Shown here: one piece after another, positions 9,330 to 18,693 of the stretch | How the letters are laid out: every line of letters starts with the position of its first letter | Numbering within the stretch: position 1 is the first letter of the stretch | NCBI GenBank assembly: GCA_039794845.1 | Contig: JAUQVK010000004.1 | Coordinates: 1 to 62,292, forward strand | Origin: Thermostichus sp. DRC_bins_24 | Lineage (GTDB): Bacteria; Cyanobacteriota; Cyanobacteriia; Thermostichales; Thermostichaceae | Length of the DNA: 62,292 nucleotides | Direction: 5' to 3' | Program-made: the position numbers and the translations under genes | The notes under the pieces: generated by a model | What the model was told of the DNA's origin: nothing | The model's database searches: none | The model's input: the letters and a program-made list of their open reading frames with translations, nothing else

Positions 9330-10256
9330 ATGTCTGTCGAAGCAACCTCAACTTTGCAAGATCCGCAGCGATTGATCCCGATCGAGCGCCTCAAACAACT
9401 GAATCTTCGCTCCAACTCCGCCGGGATCCGACAGCTCCTGGGGCATTTAACGGTGATGGCAGTGAGTGGCGGGCTGTGGATAACCCAACGGGAAGCCAAC
9501 GGTTGGATTGCTCTGCCGGCACTGGTGGTTTACGGGGCGAGTTTGGCAACGATGTTTGCCGCTTTGCATGAATGTGTGCACCGCACCGCTTTTGCCAGCC
9601 AAAAGCTGAATGATGGGGTGGCTTGGGTGGCGGGCCTGCTTTCGTTTTACAACAGCACTTTTTATCGCCGCTATCACAAGTGGCACCACCGCTATACCCA
9701 GATTCCCGGCAAGGATCCGGAGCTCGAGGATCCCAAACCCCAAAACTGGCTGGAGTATCTGATCGAGTTGAGCGGGGTGACCTGGTGGCTGGGCAAGGTG
9801 AAAGGCTACCTCCGCATGGCCAGCGGGCGGCTGGAGGGCTACCCCTACATTCCCGAATCGGCTCGTGGGGAGGTGACTCGTTCGGTGCGGCTGCAACTGG
9901 GGGTTTATGGTTTTGGGATCCTGGCTTCTCTTTTGTTGGGGGATCCCTGGATTGTTTGGTTGTGGCTGTTGCCCTTGGCGGTAGGACAGCCGATCTTACG
10001 CTTCATTTTGCTGGCAGAACACACGGGCTGTAGCCAAAACGAGGATCCCCTCTCCAATACCCGCACCACCCTCACCCTGTGGCCGATCCGCTTTTTGATG
10101 TGGAATATGCCCTACCACGCGGAGCACCACCTTTACCCCTCCATTCCGTTTCATGCCCTGGCGGCGGCCCATGAGCACCTCAAGCCCCATCTGGCCCATT
10201 TAGACCAGGGGTATGTGCGGGTGCATCGTCAGGTGGTTGGACACTTTCAGGCATGA
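9330..10256 (+). CDS. Membrane di-iron fatty-acid-desaturase-family protein (MocD/RtxC-like)
   Basis: His boxes HECVH, HKWHH, HAEHH; WNMPYHAEHHLYPSIPFHAL; TM segments. Confidence 0.9.
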   Translation: MSVEATSTLQDPQRLIPIERLKQLNLRSNSAGIRQLLGHLTVMAVSGGLWITQREANGWIALPALVVYGASLATMFAALHECVHRTAFASQKLNDGVAWVAGLLSFYNSTFYRRYHKWHHRYTQIPGKDPELEDPKPQNWLEYLIELSGVTWWLGKVKGYLRMASGRLEGYPYIPESARGEVTRSVRLQLGVYGFGILASLLLGDPWIVWLWLLPLAVGQPILRFILLAEHTGCSQNEDPLSNTRTTLTLWPIRFLMWNMPYHAEHHLYPSIPFHALAAAHEHLKPHLAHLDQGYVRVHRQVVGHFQA

Positions 10257-11269
10257 CGCAATACACCTGGAGCCTGAAGGATTTTCAGCTGCACTGTGGG
10301 ATCCGGCTGCCCCACATCACCCTTGTCTACGCCACCTACGGGGTACTTTCTCCCCAGAAGGATAACCTGATCCTCTACCCTACCTCCTACGGGGCTCAGC
10401 ACCCCGACCTGGACTGGCTGATTCGTCCCGACGGCATTCTCGACCCAGAACGGTGGTTTATTCTCATCCCCAATATGCTGGGCAATGGCCTTTCCACTTC
10501 CCCCAGCAACGATCCGGCCTGTGGTTTGCGGGAGGATGGCTTTTGGTTCAGCCACTGGGACAATGTGCGCCTGCAGGAGAGCCTGATTCGCCAACACTTC
10601 GGGGTTGAACAGATCCGGCTGATCTACGGCTGGTCGATGGGAGCGCAGCAGGCCTATCACTGGGGATCCCTGTTTCCCGAGAAGGTGGAACGCATCGCCG
10701 CCCTCTGTGGCACCGCCAAAACTACGGTTCACAATCGGGTTTTTTTGGAGAGTTTGCGCTCCGCCCTGACCGCCGATCCCACTTGGAACGGTCACCGATT
10801 TACCGGGATCCCGGAGCGGGGCTTTCGCGCCTTTGCCCATATTTATGCCAGTTGGGCCGCTTCCCAACCCTTTTTCAACCAAAAATGCTACGAACCCCTG
10901 GGGTATGCCTCCCTCGAGGAGTATCTGGCGCGGGCCTGGGAGGCCAGTTATCGCCGCCGGGATCCCCACAATTTGCTGTCGATGATCGAAACCTGGATCC
11001 GCTGTGATGTCAGTGATAACCCCGTTCACCGGGGAGATTATCCGGCTGCGTTGGGGGCAATTCGGGCCAAAACGTTGGTGATGCCCGCCCAAACGGATTT
11101 GTACTTCACCCCGGAGGATTGTCGGGCCGAGGCGGAACGGATCCCGAACGCCGTGTACAAGGTGATCCCCTCCATTTGGGGGCACCGAGCCGGGAATCCT
11201 TACCAACATCCGGAGGATGAAGCCTTTATCCGCACCGCCGTACAAGCACTTTTGGCGGATCGCCTTTAA
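10253..11269 (+). CDS. Alpha/beta hydrolase, homoserine O-acetyltransferase (MetX)-like fold
   Basis: GWSMG nucleophile elbow, DLYF Asp, WGH His; ATGA overlap with the desaturase. Confidence 0.9.
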   Translation: MTQYTWSLKDFQLHCGIRLPHITLVYATYGVLSPQKDNLILYPTSYGAQHPDLDWLIRPDGILDPERWFILIPNMLGNGLSTSPSNDPACGLREDGFWFSHWDNVRLQESLIRQHFGVEQIRLIYGWSMGAQQAYHWGSLFPEKVERIAALCGTAKTTVHNRVFLESLRSALTADPTWNGHRFTGIPERGFRAFAHIYASWAASQPFFNQKCYEPLGYASLEEYLARAWEASYRRRDPHNLLSMIETWIRCDVSDNPVHRGDYPAALGAIRAKTLVMPAQTDLYFTPEDCRAEAERIPNAVYKVIPSIWGHRAGNPYQHPEDEAFIRTAVQALLADRL

Positions 11270-11271
11270 GT

Positions 11272-11841
11272 TCATTCCCCCACAAGCTCGGCAACCGAAA
11301 TGGCAAACCCTGGCAACTCGATCTGAGTTTTCGCCGTCTCAAGGGCCGTGAACCACACTTCACGGGAGGCGGTGATCACCAAAATTCGCTGACTTTCTGG
11401 AAACACCAACCACACCTCCCGCCCCCCCGACTGTAAATACTCCTGTGCCTTGAGCAATAACGCTTCGGCAGCATCCTCTGGAGAGGCAATTTCGGCAATG
11501 AGGGGAAAACTGTGTGGCAGAGAAACGGCATCTGCGTATTGCTCCGCCAGATCGGCAGGGAGATAAGCAATATCCGGACGACGGCCTTGTTTCAGGGTAC
11601 GACAAACGGCTTCGGTGTAGATTTTGCCCCCTAGTGAATGGGCCTTGAGAAAGGTACCCCAAGCAGAACTGAGCCGGGCCTGGATATTGGCATGTCTCAA
11701 GGTCACCGCTTTTTTCTCCAAGCTGCCGTCTACCCATTCCATGCTTTGAGGAGGATGCTGCAAGTACTCCTCTAGGGATATTGGCCGCGGAGGCTCTGAG
11801 GATATGGCAGTTGCCAAGGGTTGAGCAAGCGTCATGGCCAT
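11272..11841 (-). CDS. Uma2 family endonuclease (DUF820)
   Basis: MEWVDG, RRPDIAY, IAEIASP, KAQEYLQSGGREVWLV. Confidence 0.92.
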   Translation of the reverse strand: MAMTLAQPLATAISSEPPRPISLEEYLQHPPQSMEWVDGSLEKKAVTLRHANIQARLSSAWGTFLKAHSLGGKIYTEAVCRTLKQGRRPDIAYLPADLAEQYADAVSLPHSFPLIAEIASPEDAAEALLLKAQEYLQSGGREVWLVFPESQRILVITASREVWFTALETAKTQIELPGFAISVAELVGE

Positions 11842-11932
11842 CGGTTCCCAAGTTCAGCCTCAGGCTTACCCTATCATGGGCCACTCTTGACCGGGGCAGC
11901 TTTTGTCGCGGGAAGGGGAAGGGATCCCTTTT

Positions 11933-11975
11933 TGTAGTAGGAGGCACATTTTTACCTGAGACCAAGACCTAGCCT
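11933..11975 (+). promoter_or_regulatory. Putative NtcA-activated promoter
   Basis: tGTA-gtaggagg-CACa (11934-11947, one mismatch to GTA-N8-TAC), exactly 22 nt, then TAGCCT (TAN3T) at 11970-11975. Confidence 0.6.
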
Positions 11976-11981
11976 AAGCCC

Positions 11982-13280
11982 ATGACACAGCCACTTTCTG
12001 AGATCGCCCGCGCTCAGGGCATCAACTACTTTCTGCTCTCGTTTATGGATCTATTCGGGATCCAGCGGGCCAAGCTGGTACCGGCCTCGGTGATCGACGC
12101 CATGGCGGATGGACAGGCGGGTTTTGCCGGGTTTGCCGCCTGGTTGGACTTGACGCCGGCGGATCCCGATGTGTTTGCCCAGCCCGATCGAGAGCGCTTG
12201 TTCCAACTGCCCTGGCAACCGGAATTGGCCTGGATGCCCGCTGACTTGATTCAGGTGAACGGGGATCCCTTGCCACAGACCCCCCGCTGGGTGTTGAAGC
12301 AGGTGCTCTCCCAAGCAGCAGCCATGGGCTTTCAGGTGAAAACGGGGATCGAATGCGAGTTCATGCTCCTGTCGCCAGAAGACTGGGCCATTTCCGATGC
12401 GCGTGACCGGCAGGCCAAGCCCTGTTATGACCAGCAAAGTTTGATGCGACGGTTTTCCGTCATCCGAGACATCTGCGATGGCATGCAAAAGTTGGGCTGG
12501 GATCCCTATCAAAACGACCACGAAGATGCCAATGGCCAGTTTGAGATGAACTGGCTGTTTGACGAGGCCCTGGTGACCGCCGACCGCCATGCCTTTTTCA
12601 AATACATGGTGAAAAGCATCGCCGAAAAACAGGGCTACCGGGCTACTTTTATGCCCAAACCCTTTGCCCACCTGACGGGCAATGGCTGCCATACCCACAT
12701 CTCTCTTTGGCAGGGGGAACAAAACCTGTTTGCCGATCCCCAGGGGGAATTGGGTCTTTCTCCGTTGGCCTATCACTTCATCGGCGGGGTACTGCACCAT
12801 GCGCCCGCTTTGTGTGCCCTCACCAACCCAACGGTGAATTCCTATCGCCGCCTTAATGCCCCCGTCACCCTCTCCGGGGCCACTTGGTCCCCCAACACCA
12901 TCAGCTACAGCGGCAATAACCGCACCCACACGATTCGCATCCCGGATGCCGGACGGTTTGAGTTGCGTTTGGCCGATGCTGCCGCCAACCCCTACCTTTT
13001 GGCGGCGGGTCTGATTGCCGCTGGATTAGACGGGATCCAACAGCAACGGCATCCGGGCCCACGCTCCGATAACAACACCTACACCGATCCGATTCCCCAT
13101 GCCCGAACCTTGCCCAGTTCTCTCCTCGAAGCCCTAGGCCACCTAGACCAAAACCCCATGTTCCGCGACCGGCTGGGGGATCCCTTTGTGGAGGCCTATC
13201 TCAAGCTCAAACGCCAACAATGGCAGGAGTACAGCCATCAGATCACCCCCTGGGAACGGGAGACAACTTTAGATTGCTAA
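11982..13280 (+). CDS. glnT: GlnT-type glutamate-ammonia ligase (gamma-glutamylmethylamide synthetase-like)
   Basis: RAKLVPA, GFAGFAAW, KPCYDQ, QNDHEDANGQFEMN, FMPKPF, SGATWSP, ELRLADAAANPYL. Confidence 0.88.
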   Translation: MTQPLSEIARAQGINYFLLSFMDLFGIQRAKLVPASVIDAMADGQAGFAGFAAWLDLTPADPDVFAQPDRERLFQLPWQPELAWMPADLIQVNGDPLPQTPRWVLKQVLSQAAAMGFQVKTGIECEFMLLSPEDWAISDARDRQAKPCYDQQSLMRRFSVIRDICDGMQKLGWDPYQNDHEDANGQFEMNWLFDEALVTADRHAFFKYMVKSIAEKQGYRATFMPKPFAHLTGNGCHTHISLWQGEQNLFADPQGELGLSPLAYHFIGGVLHHAPALCALTNPTVNSYRRLNAPVTLSGATWSPNTISYSGNNRTHTIRIPDAGRFELRLADAAANPYLLAAGLIAAGLDGIQQQRHPGPRSDNNTYTDPIPHARTLPSSLLEALGHLDQNPMFRDRLGDPFVEAYLKLKRQQWQEYSHQITPWERETTLDC

Positions 13281-13340
13281 CTTAGATTACCCGGCAGTGG
13301 AATCCCCTTCTGGGTTTACGCCCCGCCGGCGAACCCTTCC

Positions 13341-14372
13341 TCAAGTGCTTGGGGGTTTGCCCAGCAATTCTGCCGCCAACACAATGGCTTGCTTGAGGCT
13401 ATCGGCTCGGGCCACCCCTTGGCCAGCAATATCAAACGCGGTGCCATGGTCGGGAGAGGTGCGAATGAAGGGCAGCCCAATCGTCAGGTTCACGGCTCGG
13501 TCAAAAGCCAGCATCTTCACCGGGATCAACCCCTGATCATGGTAGAGGGCCAGATAGGCATCGGCCACCGACGGGGATCCCTGTCCATACCAGGCTTGGG
13601 CCGGCGATACCCACATCGTATCGGGGGGGATCGGCCCCCAGATGTTGGCTTTGGGGTAGGTTTGCAGTAGCTCCGTCAACCAGTCCTGCTCCTCACGCCC
13701 CAATTGCCCCTGTTCGCCCGCATGGGGATTCAGACCCGCCACCGCAATCACGGGATCCGGGATCCCAAAGGAATGGCGCAGGGATCCCACCAGCAAATCC
13801 AACTTGGAGCGGATCAGTTCTGGAGTGAGTGCATCAGGCACTTGGCGCAGAGGCATATGGGTGGTGGCCAACAAAACCCGCATCTGCCAGCCGCTGCGGG
13901 GGGAACGGGCCACAAACAACATCCCATAACGTTGAGCGTGGCTCAGCTGGGCCAACACTTCCGTTTGGCCGGGGAAAACGTAGCCCGCCTGGTGCCAGAG
14001 ATATTTGGCAATTGGAGCGGTGACGATCCCCTGAAACGCTCCTTGAAGGGTCTGTTCGAGTGCCCTTTTCAGGTAAACAAAGCTGGCGGCGCCACTCTCG
14101 GCATCCCCTTGGCCAATCCAGGTTGAGGACCATCGAAAGCCTGTGTCGCACTCCAAGATCGAGATCCCTTCGGGATCGGCCAACCGGGTTTGGGCCTTGT
14201 CTTTGAGCGCTTGGTAGGTTGCTTCTAAAACTTGCCGCTCCCCCACAACCGTAATTTGGGCGCAAGCTTGAATGTCGGGATCCGCCAGAGCCTTGAGCAC
14301 AATTTCCGGGCCAATTCCGCCGGGATCCCCTAAGGTCAGGGCCAGTTTGGGCGGTGGCAAGGGGCTGCTCAT
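13341..14372 (-). CDS. pdxA: 4-hydroxythreonine-4-phosphate dehydrogenase
   Basis: GDPGGIGPE, TAPIAK, GLNPHAGE, YHDQGLIPVK, RTSPDHGTAFDIAG. Confidence 0.97.
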   Translation of the reverse strand: MSSPLPPPKLALTLGDPGGIGPEIVLKALADPDIQACAQITVVGERQVLEATYQALKDKAQTRLADPEGISILECDTGFRWSSTWIGQGDAESGAASFVYLKRALEQTLQGAFQGIVTAPIAKYLWHQAGYVFPGQTEVLAQLSHAQRYGMLFVARSPRSGWQMRVLLATTHMPLRQVPDALTPELIRSKLDLLVGSLRHSFGIPDPVIAVAGLNPHAGEQGQLGREEQDWLTELLQTYPKANIWGPIPPDTMWVSPAQAWYGQGSPSVADAYLALYHDQGLIPVKMLAFDRAVNLTIGLPFIRTSPDHGTAFDIAGQGVARADSLKQAIVLAAELLGKPPST

Positions 14373-14557
14373 GGGGTTTTCTCTTTACGGCTCAACCGCT
14401 TTGTTACCCGTATCACCCGATAGCCAAGGGACCAGACCTAAAGAGGGTTCTCGACCCGATACGCCTAGGGCACCGCCGGTCCCATACCGCAGTGCAGGTT
14501 GAGACTGGGTTGCCGGGTGCGAGACAGAAGCACCTACCAATCTGCTAGGAAACCCGC

Positions 14558-16435
14558 TCAAGGGCCGTAACTGGATTGGCGTTGTTGGTGCAGTTCCTCA
14601 AAGGCTTGCAAAAAGTCTTCCTGCCGGATCACCAAGGTTTTAGCATCTACGACTTCCTCGGAGCTAGCCCGATGACGGCGAATCGCGGCAATGGCAGCTC
14701 GGTTACTGAGGAGAGCCAAATCCGCACCGCTCCAACCATCGGTACGCTCAGCCCAGCCCTCCAGATCCACATCTGGCCCCAGAGGACGGGTGCGATTGTG
14801 CACCCCCAAGATTTCCCGGCGTCCGGCCCGATCCGGCAGTTCCACCCTCAAATGGAGCTCCAGCCGGCCCGCCCGGGTGAGGGCGGGATCCAAACTGGCT
14901 TTGCGGTTGGTGGCGGCCACCAACAGTACCCCTTGGCTGGGGCGGATCCCGTCCAGTTCTGAGAGCAGTTGACCCAGCACCCGGTCGCTGACGCCGCTAT
15001 CGCCGGAATAGCTCCCCCGAGCCGGAGCAAGGGTATCGATCTCGTCGATGAACACCACACAGGGAGCACACTGGCGGGCACGGGCAAACAGTTCTCGCAC
15101 TGCCTGTTCAGAGGATCCCACCCATTTGCTGAGCAGCTCCGGCCCGGAAACCGCAATGAAGTTGGCCTTGGCTTGGGAGGCAATCGCTTTGGCCAGCAGG
15201 GTTTTGCCGGTGCCCGGTGGGCCGCTCAGGAGTACCCCTTTCGGCGCTTGCGCTTGGGCCTGTTCATACAGTTCTGGGTGCAGCAGGGATCCCTCGACTG
15301 CCTCTTGCAGAATTTGTTTGGCTTGGCCCAATCCGCCGATCTGATCCCAGCTCACCTGCGGAGATTCGATCTCCACCGACCGCAACACCGCCGGTTTCAC
15401 CTGTTGCAGGGCCAGTTGAAAGTCAGCCGCCGAAACCGATAAAGATTCCGGTGCAGCGCCCAAATCGGGTACCTGTCGCCGCAAGGCTGCATAGGCCGCC
15501 GCCTGACACAAGCCCCGCAGATCGGCCCCGACAAACCCCAAGGTTTGATCCGCCAGATTGTCCAGATCCACATCCGCCTCCAAAGGCATATCGCGGGTGT
15601 GAATAGCCAGAATTTCCCGACGACCCTCCCGATCCGGCACCTTGAAAATCACCTCGCGGTCAAACCGTCCCGGACGACGCAGAGCAGGATCGATAGTATC
15701 GGGCCGATTGGTTGCCGCCAACACCACCATGCCTTTTTGGGCGGCAAAACCATCCATCAGCCCCAGCATCTGGGCTACCAAGCGTTTTTCCACCTCCCCT
15801 TCCACTGCGGCCCGATTGGGCACCAGGGCGTCAATTTCATCAATGAACACCAAGCAAGGGGCAGATTTGGCCGCTTTTTCAAACACCTGTCGCAAGCGGG
15901 ATTCCGCCTCACCGTAATATTTGCCGATGATCTCAGGGCCGACAATGGCGATGTAGTTCACACCCAAGCTTTCGGCTAGAGCACGGGCGGTCAGGGTTTT
16001 TCCGGTGCCAGGGGATCCCACCAGCAAGACTCCCCGGGGTGGATCCAATCCCAACTTGGCCAGCAATTCCGGTCGCTTCAGGGGAATTTCCACCATTTCC
16101 CGCAGGATTTGCAGTTGCTCCTTCAGTCCCCCCACATCTTTGAGGCGCGGCCTGCTACCCGAAGGGGTTTGGGTCTGGGTGGGGTTGGCTGGGGCAGAAG
16201 CAGCCTGCTGAACTTGAGGCTCATGGCTCCAGGATGGGTCACCCCCTCCCGCTGCCGTTTGCACGCTACCCCGACGGGGGGGAATGGAACCGGAACGGGG
16301 GATCGAGCCGCCGAGGGGACGACTTTGTATGCGAACTTCGGTTCGCAGCTCCCCGCTTTGTTTTTTCTCATCCAGCCTCTGAGCCAACTCGATCAACTGC
16401 TCAATGCCTTGCACAAAGTCGCTTAAATCCGCCAT
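14558..16435 (-). CDS. CDC48/VCP-like tandem AAA+ ATPase
   Basis: Two AAA modules (GSPGTGKT/FIDEID/RRPGRFDRE and GPPGTGKT/FIDEID/RAGRLE); short N-terminus. Confidence 0.92.
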   Translation of the reverse strand: MADLSDFVQGIEQLIELAQRLDEKKQSGELRTEVRIQSRPLGGSIPRSGSIPPRRGSVQTAAGGGDPSWSHEPQVQQAASAPANPTQTQTPSGSRPRLKDVGGLKEQLQILREMVEIPLKRPELLAKLGLDPPRGVLLVGSPGTGKTLTARALAESLGVNYIAIVGPEIIGKYYGEAESRLRQVFEKAAKSAPCLVFIDEIDALVPNRAAVEGEVEKRLVAQMLGLMDGFAAQKGMVVLAATNRPDTIDPALRRPGRFDREVIFKVPDREGRREILAIHTRDMPLEADVDLDNLADQTLGFVGADLRGLCQAAAYAALRRQVPDLGAAPESLSVSAADFQLALQQVKPAVLRSVEIESPQVSWDQIGGLGQAKQILQEAVEGSLLHPELYEQAQAQAPKGVLLSGPPGTGKTLLAKAIASQAKANFIAVSGPELLSKWVGSSEQAVRELFARARQCAPCVVFIDEIDTLAPARGSYSGDSGVSDRVLGQLLSELDGIRPSQGVLLVAATNRKASLDPALTRAGRLELHLRVELPDRAGRREILGVHNRTRPLGPDVDLEGWAERTDGWSGADLALLSNRAAIAAIRRHRASSEEVVDAKTLVIRQEDFLQAFEELHQQRQSSYGP

Positions 16436-16614
16436 AACTGGAGGTCCCCATCCACACAAGTTGACCTGCGAATTAACCTGCCAAAGGTTCTAGCCCATCC
16501 CCATGGCTGGGCCTGTTCAGGTTCAATGAACGGGTCCCGGAATGGCTAGATGTTTAGTATGACACCCTTCGCTCAGCCTGCCGTCCGTAAAAAAGCCAGA
16601 ACGGAGACAATGCG

Positions 16615-17325
16615 TTACGAAGCCGCCACTGCTTTTGCCCCGACTTTTGAGCGTCGGCCCATCTGCGCTCGAATCCAGTTCAGCCAGGGATCCAACCCTT
16701 CCCCCGTTTTGGCCGACAGACAGAAGATGGGCACAGCAGGGTTGACTTCGCGGATATTGGCTTGAATGCGCTCCAGATCCACCTCCAAGACAGGGACCAG
16801 ATCCACTTTGGTGATCAACAGGCAATCCGCCTCTCGAAACATAATCGGGTACTTGAGGGGTTTGTCTTCCCCTTCGGTGACGCTGAGCAAGGCGACTTTG
16901 GCGTGTTCCCCCACCTCAAACTCCGCCGGACAGACCAAATTGCCGACATTTTCCACCAAGATCAAATCCAATTGCCGCACATCCAGCAATGATTCCAATT
17001 GGTGCAAGCCCCCCGCCACCATGGCCGCATCCAAATGACAGGCCCGCCCCGTATTGATGGCAATCACCGGGATCCCGTAGCGACGCAGCCGTTCTGCATC
17101 CAGCTGGGTGGTCATATCCCCCTCGATCACCGCCAGGCGCAATTGATCGGGTTGATGGCTGAGGGCGGCCAAGGTTTTTTCCAGCAGAGAAGTCTTGCCC
17201 GCCCCCGGCCCACTCATGAGGTTTAGGCAGGTGACCCCCCAAGCGTCGAAATGCTCCCGATTGTGGTCAGCCTGGTGTTGGTTGGCGTGGAGGAGGTTAA
17301 TCCCCATGTCCAGCACTTGATGCAT
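16615..17325 (-). CDS. hypB: HypB family nickel-chaperone GTPase
   Basis: [41 protein letters not shown]; no His-rich N-terminus. Confidence 0.93.
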   Translation of the reverse strand: MHQVLDMGINLLHANQHQADHNREHFDAWGVTCLNLMSGPGAGKTSLLEKTLAALSHQPDQLRLAVIEGDMTTQLDAERLRRYGIPVIAINTGRACHLDAAMVAGGLHQLESLLDVRQLDLILVENVGNLVCPAEFEVGEHAKVALLSVTEGEDKPLKYPIMFREADCLLITKVDLVPVLEVDLERIQANIREVNPAVPIFCLSAKTGEGLDPWLNWIRAQMGRRSKVGAKAVAAS

Positions 17326-17364
17326 GGTGGAGCCCGTGAGAGTTAACGTTCTGGAGAGAAAGCC

Positions 17365-17931
17365 CTAGAAGATGCGGGATTCGACCCTTTCAGGGCTAGG
17401 GACGGAGCCAGCGGAAAGTTTGCGCACCTCCGAACAGAAAGAGGCCATGCTGAATCCCCCGAACCGCTTGACCGTACTGGCGCGCAATCGCAGGTTGGGG
17501 CTGGCAAACCAAATGCGCTCCTCCGATTCGGTCATCTCATATTCGGTGTAGAGGGTGAGGGCCCCATCGGATCCCATCACATAGGTGCCTGCCACCGGCA
17601 CCTTCTCGGCATAGCCCTGATCCCGTAACAGTTGTCCACGCATGGGATCCGACTCGTCAGGGATCGGCACCAGCACCACATCCCCCGTGTACTCCTCGTT
17701 ATCCCACTCCTGTTCGCCATTCCACTGCACACGCGCTGCTCCAACAGCCCGCCGCGGATCCACCTTGAACAGCTCACAAATGCGAACAACCGCCGGATCG
17801 GCTGCGGCCAGCGTAGCAATTTGCACCTTCGACTTCCCGCCCTCGGAGCGGCGAAAGGCAAGATGATGGCTGGTACGCTGGCTCATCCACTCCCCGGCGC
17901 TCAGGGCAAAAAACTCCATAACGGTCATCAT
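17365..17931 (-). CDS. cpcS: Phycobiliprotein lyase, CpcS/CpeS family
   Basis: [54 protein letters not shown]; start 17931/17928. Confidence 0.9.
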   Translation of the reverse strand: MMTVMEFFALSAGEWMSQRTSHHLAFRRSEGGKSKVQIATLAAADPAVVRICELFKVDPRRAVGAARVQWNGEQEWDNEEYTGDVVLVPIPDESDPMRGQLLRDQGYAEKVPVAGTYVMGSDGALTLYTEYEMTESEERIWFASPNLRLRASTVKRFGGFSMASFCSEVRKLSAGSVPSPERVESRIF

Positions 17932-17997
17932 GGCCGACGCGGGATCCTCATCGATGGAACAGGATTTGCTGATTTTAGCTTGCCCTACACCCAAGAC

Positions 17998-18516
17998 TCA
18001 CTCCTGCCGGTGTTGATGCTCGCGCCAGAACTGCTCCGCAAAAGCCACCGTCGGGTGAATGGGGGCCCGCGGATGGCTCAGCAGAGGCATATTGGCTTGC
18101 TCGGGTGTGCGGTTGCCCTTGCGCTGATTGCAGCGTTCACAGGCGGTGACCACGTTGTCCCAGGTGTGGGATCCCCCTTTAGACAGGGGTACCACATGAT
18201 CCAACGTCAGGTGATGGGTGCTGCCGCAGTATTGGCAGCTGTGATGATCCCGCCGTAACACCTCCCGCCGATTCACGGGGGGCACCCGCCAGGTGCGTTC
18301 TTTGCCCTTGATGGTGAGACGAATGTGTTCGGGTACTTCGATCACATGGCTGGGGGAGCGTACCTTCCACACCGGCACGTTCATCATCGACAGCGGCTCC
18401 GCCTTGCCCGTCAGCAGCAACACAATCGCCCGTTTGATGTTGACCCGGCTAATGGGCAAATAGTTTTGGGAGAAGACGACAATCGACTGTTCCAGAACGT
18501 GGGTAGCAGCAGTCAT
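17998..18516 (-). CDS. HNH endonuclease (McrA-like, cyanobacterial type)
   Basis: RREVLRRD, CQYC, LTLDHVVP, NVVTACERCN. Confidence 0.93.
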   Translation of the reverse strand: MTAATHVLEQSIVVFSQNYLPISRVNIKRAIVLLLTGKAEPLSMMNVPVWKVRSPSHVIEVPEHIRLTIKGKERTWRVPPVNRREVLRRDHHSCQYCGSTHHLTLDHVVPLSKGGSHTWDNVVTACERCNQRKGNRTPEQANMPLLSHPRAPIHPTVAFAEQFWREHQHRQE

Positions 18517-18652
18517 GGCTTAGCTCCTCCATTTGCCGCCATTCTCCTGAGGAATCTGCCGAATGGCAAGCTTTTCCCCGCAATTGGAATGAACTTGCAG
18601 ACTAGATGCCTCAAAAAGTCAAGCGGGCGTTGGATAAGTGACTATAAATTAC

Positions 18653-18681
18653 ATTGTAGTATTACGTATTACAAGCGTCCA
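18653..18681 (-). promoter_or_regulatory. Sigma70-type promoter with palindromic operator in the spacer
   Basis: Minus strand TGGACG-N17-TACAAT; overlapped by TTGTAGTA-N5-TATTACAA and a perfect GTA-N8-TAC (18659-18672). Confidence 0.55.
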
Positions 18682-18693
18682 GACTTTTGGGGT

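Noticed and set aside
17998..18690. HNH gene as IscB/HEARO-type RNA-guided nuclease
   Set aside because: Only 172 aa, with no RuvC or PLMP motifs and no transposon ends; it is an ordinary cyanobacterial HNH.
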